DNA of 64,000 nucleotides from Eledone cirrhosa (Eukaryota): NCBI GenBank assembly GCA_964016885.1, contig OZ024740.1, positions 353,462,001 to 353,526,000 of the forward strand, read 5' to 3'. Shown piece by piece: positions 62,756 to 64,000 of this stretch (position 1 is its first letter; each line of letters starts with the position of its first letter). The notes under the pieces were generated by a model. It saw only the letters and a program-made list of their open reading frames with translations, ran no database searches and was not told where the DNA came from. The position numbers and the translations under genes were made by a program.

Positions 62756-63492
62756 AATAATAACTATTATCATTATTTTATAGGCATATTAAAACCTTTC
62801 TGTCCTGATATAACAGCTGTAATAAGGTATGAACTAATTTTGCCAGAAAATTAGAACCTTGTCCTCCATTTAGCCACTGAAGCCTAACAATAGTACCAGA
62901 AGAGTACTAGTGGTGAAAAATGAAAAAACAAAAAAAAAAAAAAAATACCTGGAGAAAAGTTAGCTGAAATGAAGCCAGCTGTCAGGGGAAAATTTAGTTT
63001 TATTGTGTACTGGGCAAAATAATAAAAGGCAGGTAGAAAGGTAATAAAGTAATTAGCTAGAGATGTAGTTAGCTAGTGACATACAAATAGAATTAATGAG
63101 ATACATAGATAAAGAGACACAGGATAGATTGATATATATATATATAGAGAGAGAAGGTGGGGGGAGAGAAAGAGCAAGAGAGAGCACTATATAGTGAGTT
63201 AGAAAAAGCTGTGGTTGCATTGTTATCGAGGTATGTAAGGGGTAATAAGATATTTGGAAAAGCCTTTTATTTTTTCAGCACCTCGCACCTCCTCATCCAT
63301 CAGAGGCAGCTGGGTGATGTGGAAATCTTCATATAAATCGAGGATCTGGAGACAAATACAAAAGGTAATTTTAAAATATATGCATAATGGAGAGAGTGGA
63401 AGTGACATAAGAAAATAAACTATACTCTGTATGTATGTGTGAGTGCTTGTGTTGCATAAGTGTTGAGCTTTACAGAAGCAAACATCGAAGCA

Positions 63493-63682
63493 ATGGATTG
63501 GCAGTATCAGTAGAGGGTCGGACGCCATGCTTTGCAGCATAGAGTTACTCCCCTTTAGGATCTGAGTTCAAATCCCGCCGAGGTTAACTTTGTCTTTCAT
63601 CCTTACGGGGTCGATAAAATAAAGTACCAGTAATGCACTGGATTATTTGCTGGCCTTGTGCCAAAAGTAGAAATAATTATTA
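63493..63682 (+). mobile_element. tRNA-type SINE
   Basis: Matches 40738-40923. Confidence 0.88.
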
Positions 63683-64000
63683 TACATTTCTGGGAAAGAT
63701 CGTTGTCTATTTTGAGTGTAAGTAAGGGGTGTAGCCTAGTGGTTAGGGTGTTGAGCTTACAGTTGTAATGTCATGGACTGAGTGGCACAATGTGTTCCTG
63801 AGCAAAACACCATATTTCACATTGTTCCAGCCCAGTGAGATAAAAATGAATACCAGCAGCAGTAGGTGATTGACTCAGTAATGGACTGGCAATTTGTACT
63901 CTTAGTTTGGGATAGACAATAATCTTCAATCATATAGCTGTCAAGTTTAACAGTTGATCCCTAAGGTCTACTTAGACTAGTCCCCCTCTCTTTCCTAAGT

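Overview
AT-rich, microsatellite-rich eukaryotic (animal) DNA made mostly of transposable elements. The SINE types and repeat spectrum suggest an octopod cephalopod (inference only). Elements present: two Tx1/L1-type LINE families (one with an intact 1149-aa ORF2 and a TSD), R4/Dong-like restriction-endonuclease LINEs tied to (TACA)n, many RTE LINE copies whose RT carries an embedded PHD-like finger, a decayed Ty3/gypsy element, a non-autonomous LTR element, hAT and mariner relics, Helitron-like elements, TTAA MITEs and tRNA-type SINEs. The main structure is a segmental duplication (A ~13.55-31.57 kb; B ~39.24-53.73 kb). Each unit carries a small spliced gene missing from the ORF track. It encodes a 71-aa secreted precursor: signal peptide, acidic propeptide, KR site in copy A, and a CX3C-X11-CX3C mature peptide. 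All 7 substitutions between the paralogues in the mature-peptide exon are non-synonymous, so it is a candidate toxin, antimicrobial or pheromone peptide family. A second lead: both Tx1 families have a non-canonical ORF1 ending in AG|GTAAGT, and an ORF2 stop reading TAG|G, so ORF2 could be spliced out as an intron. All alignments and counts were done by eye.
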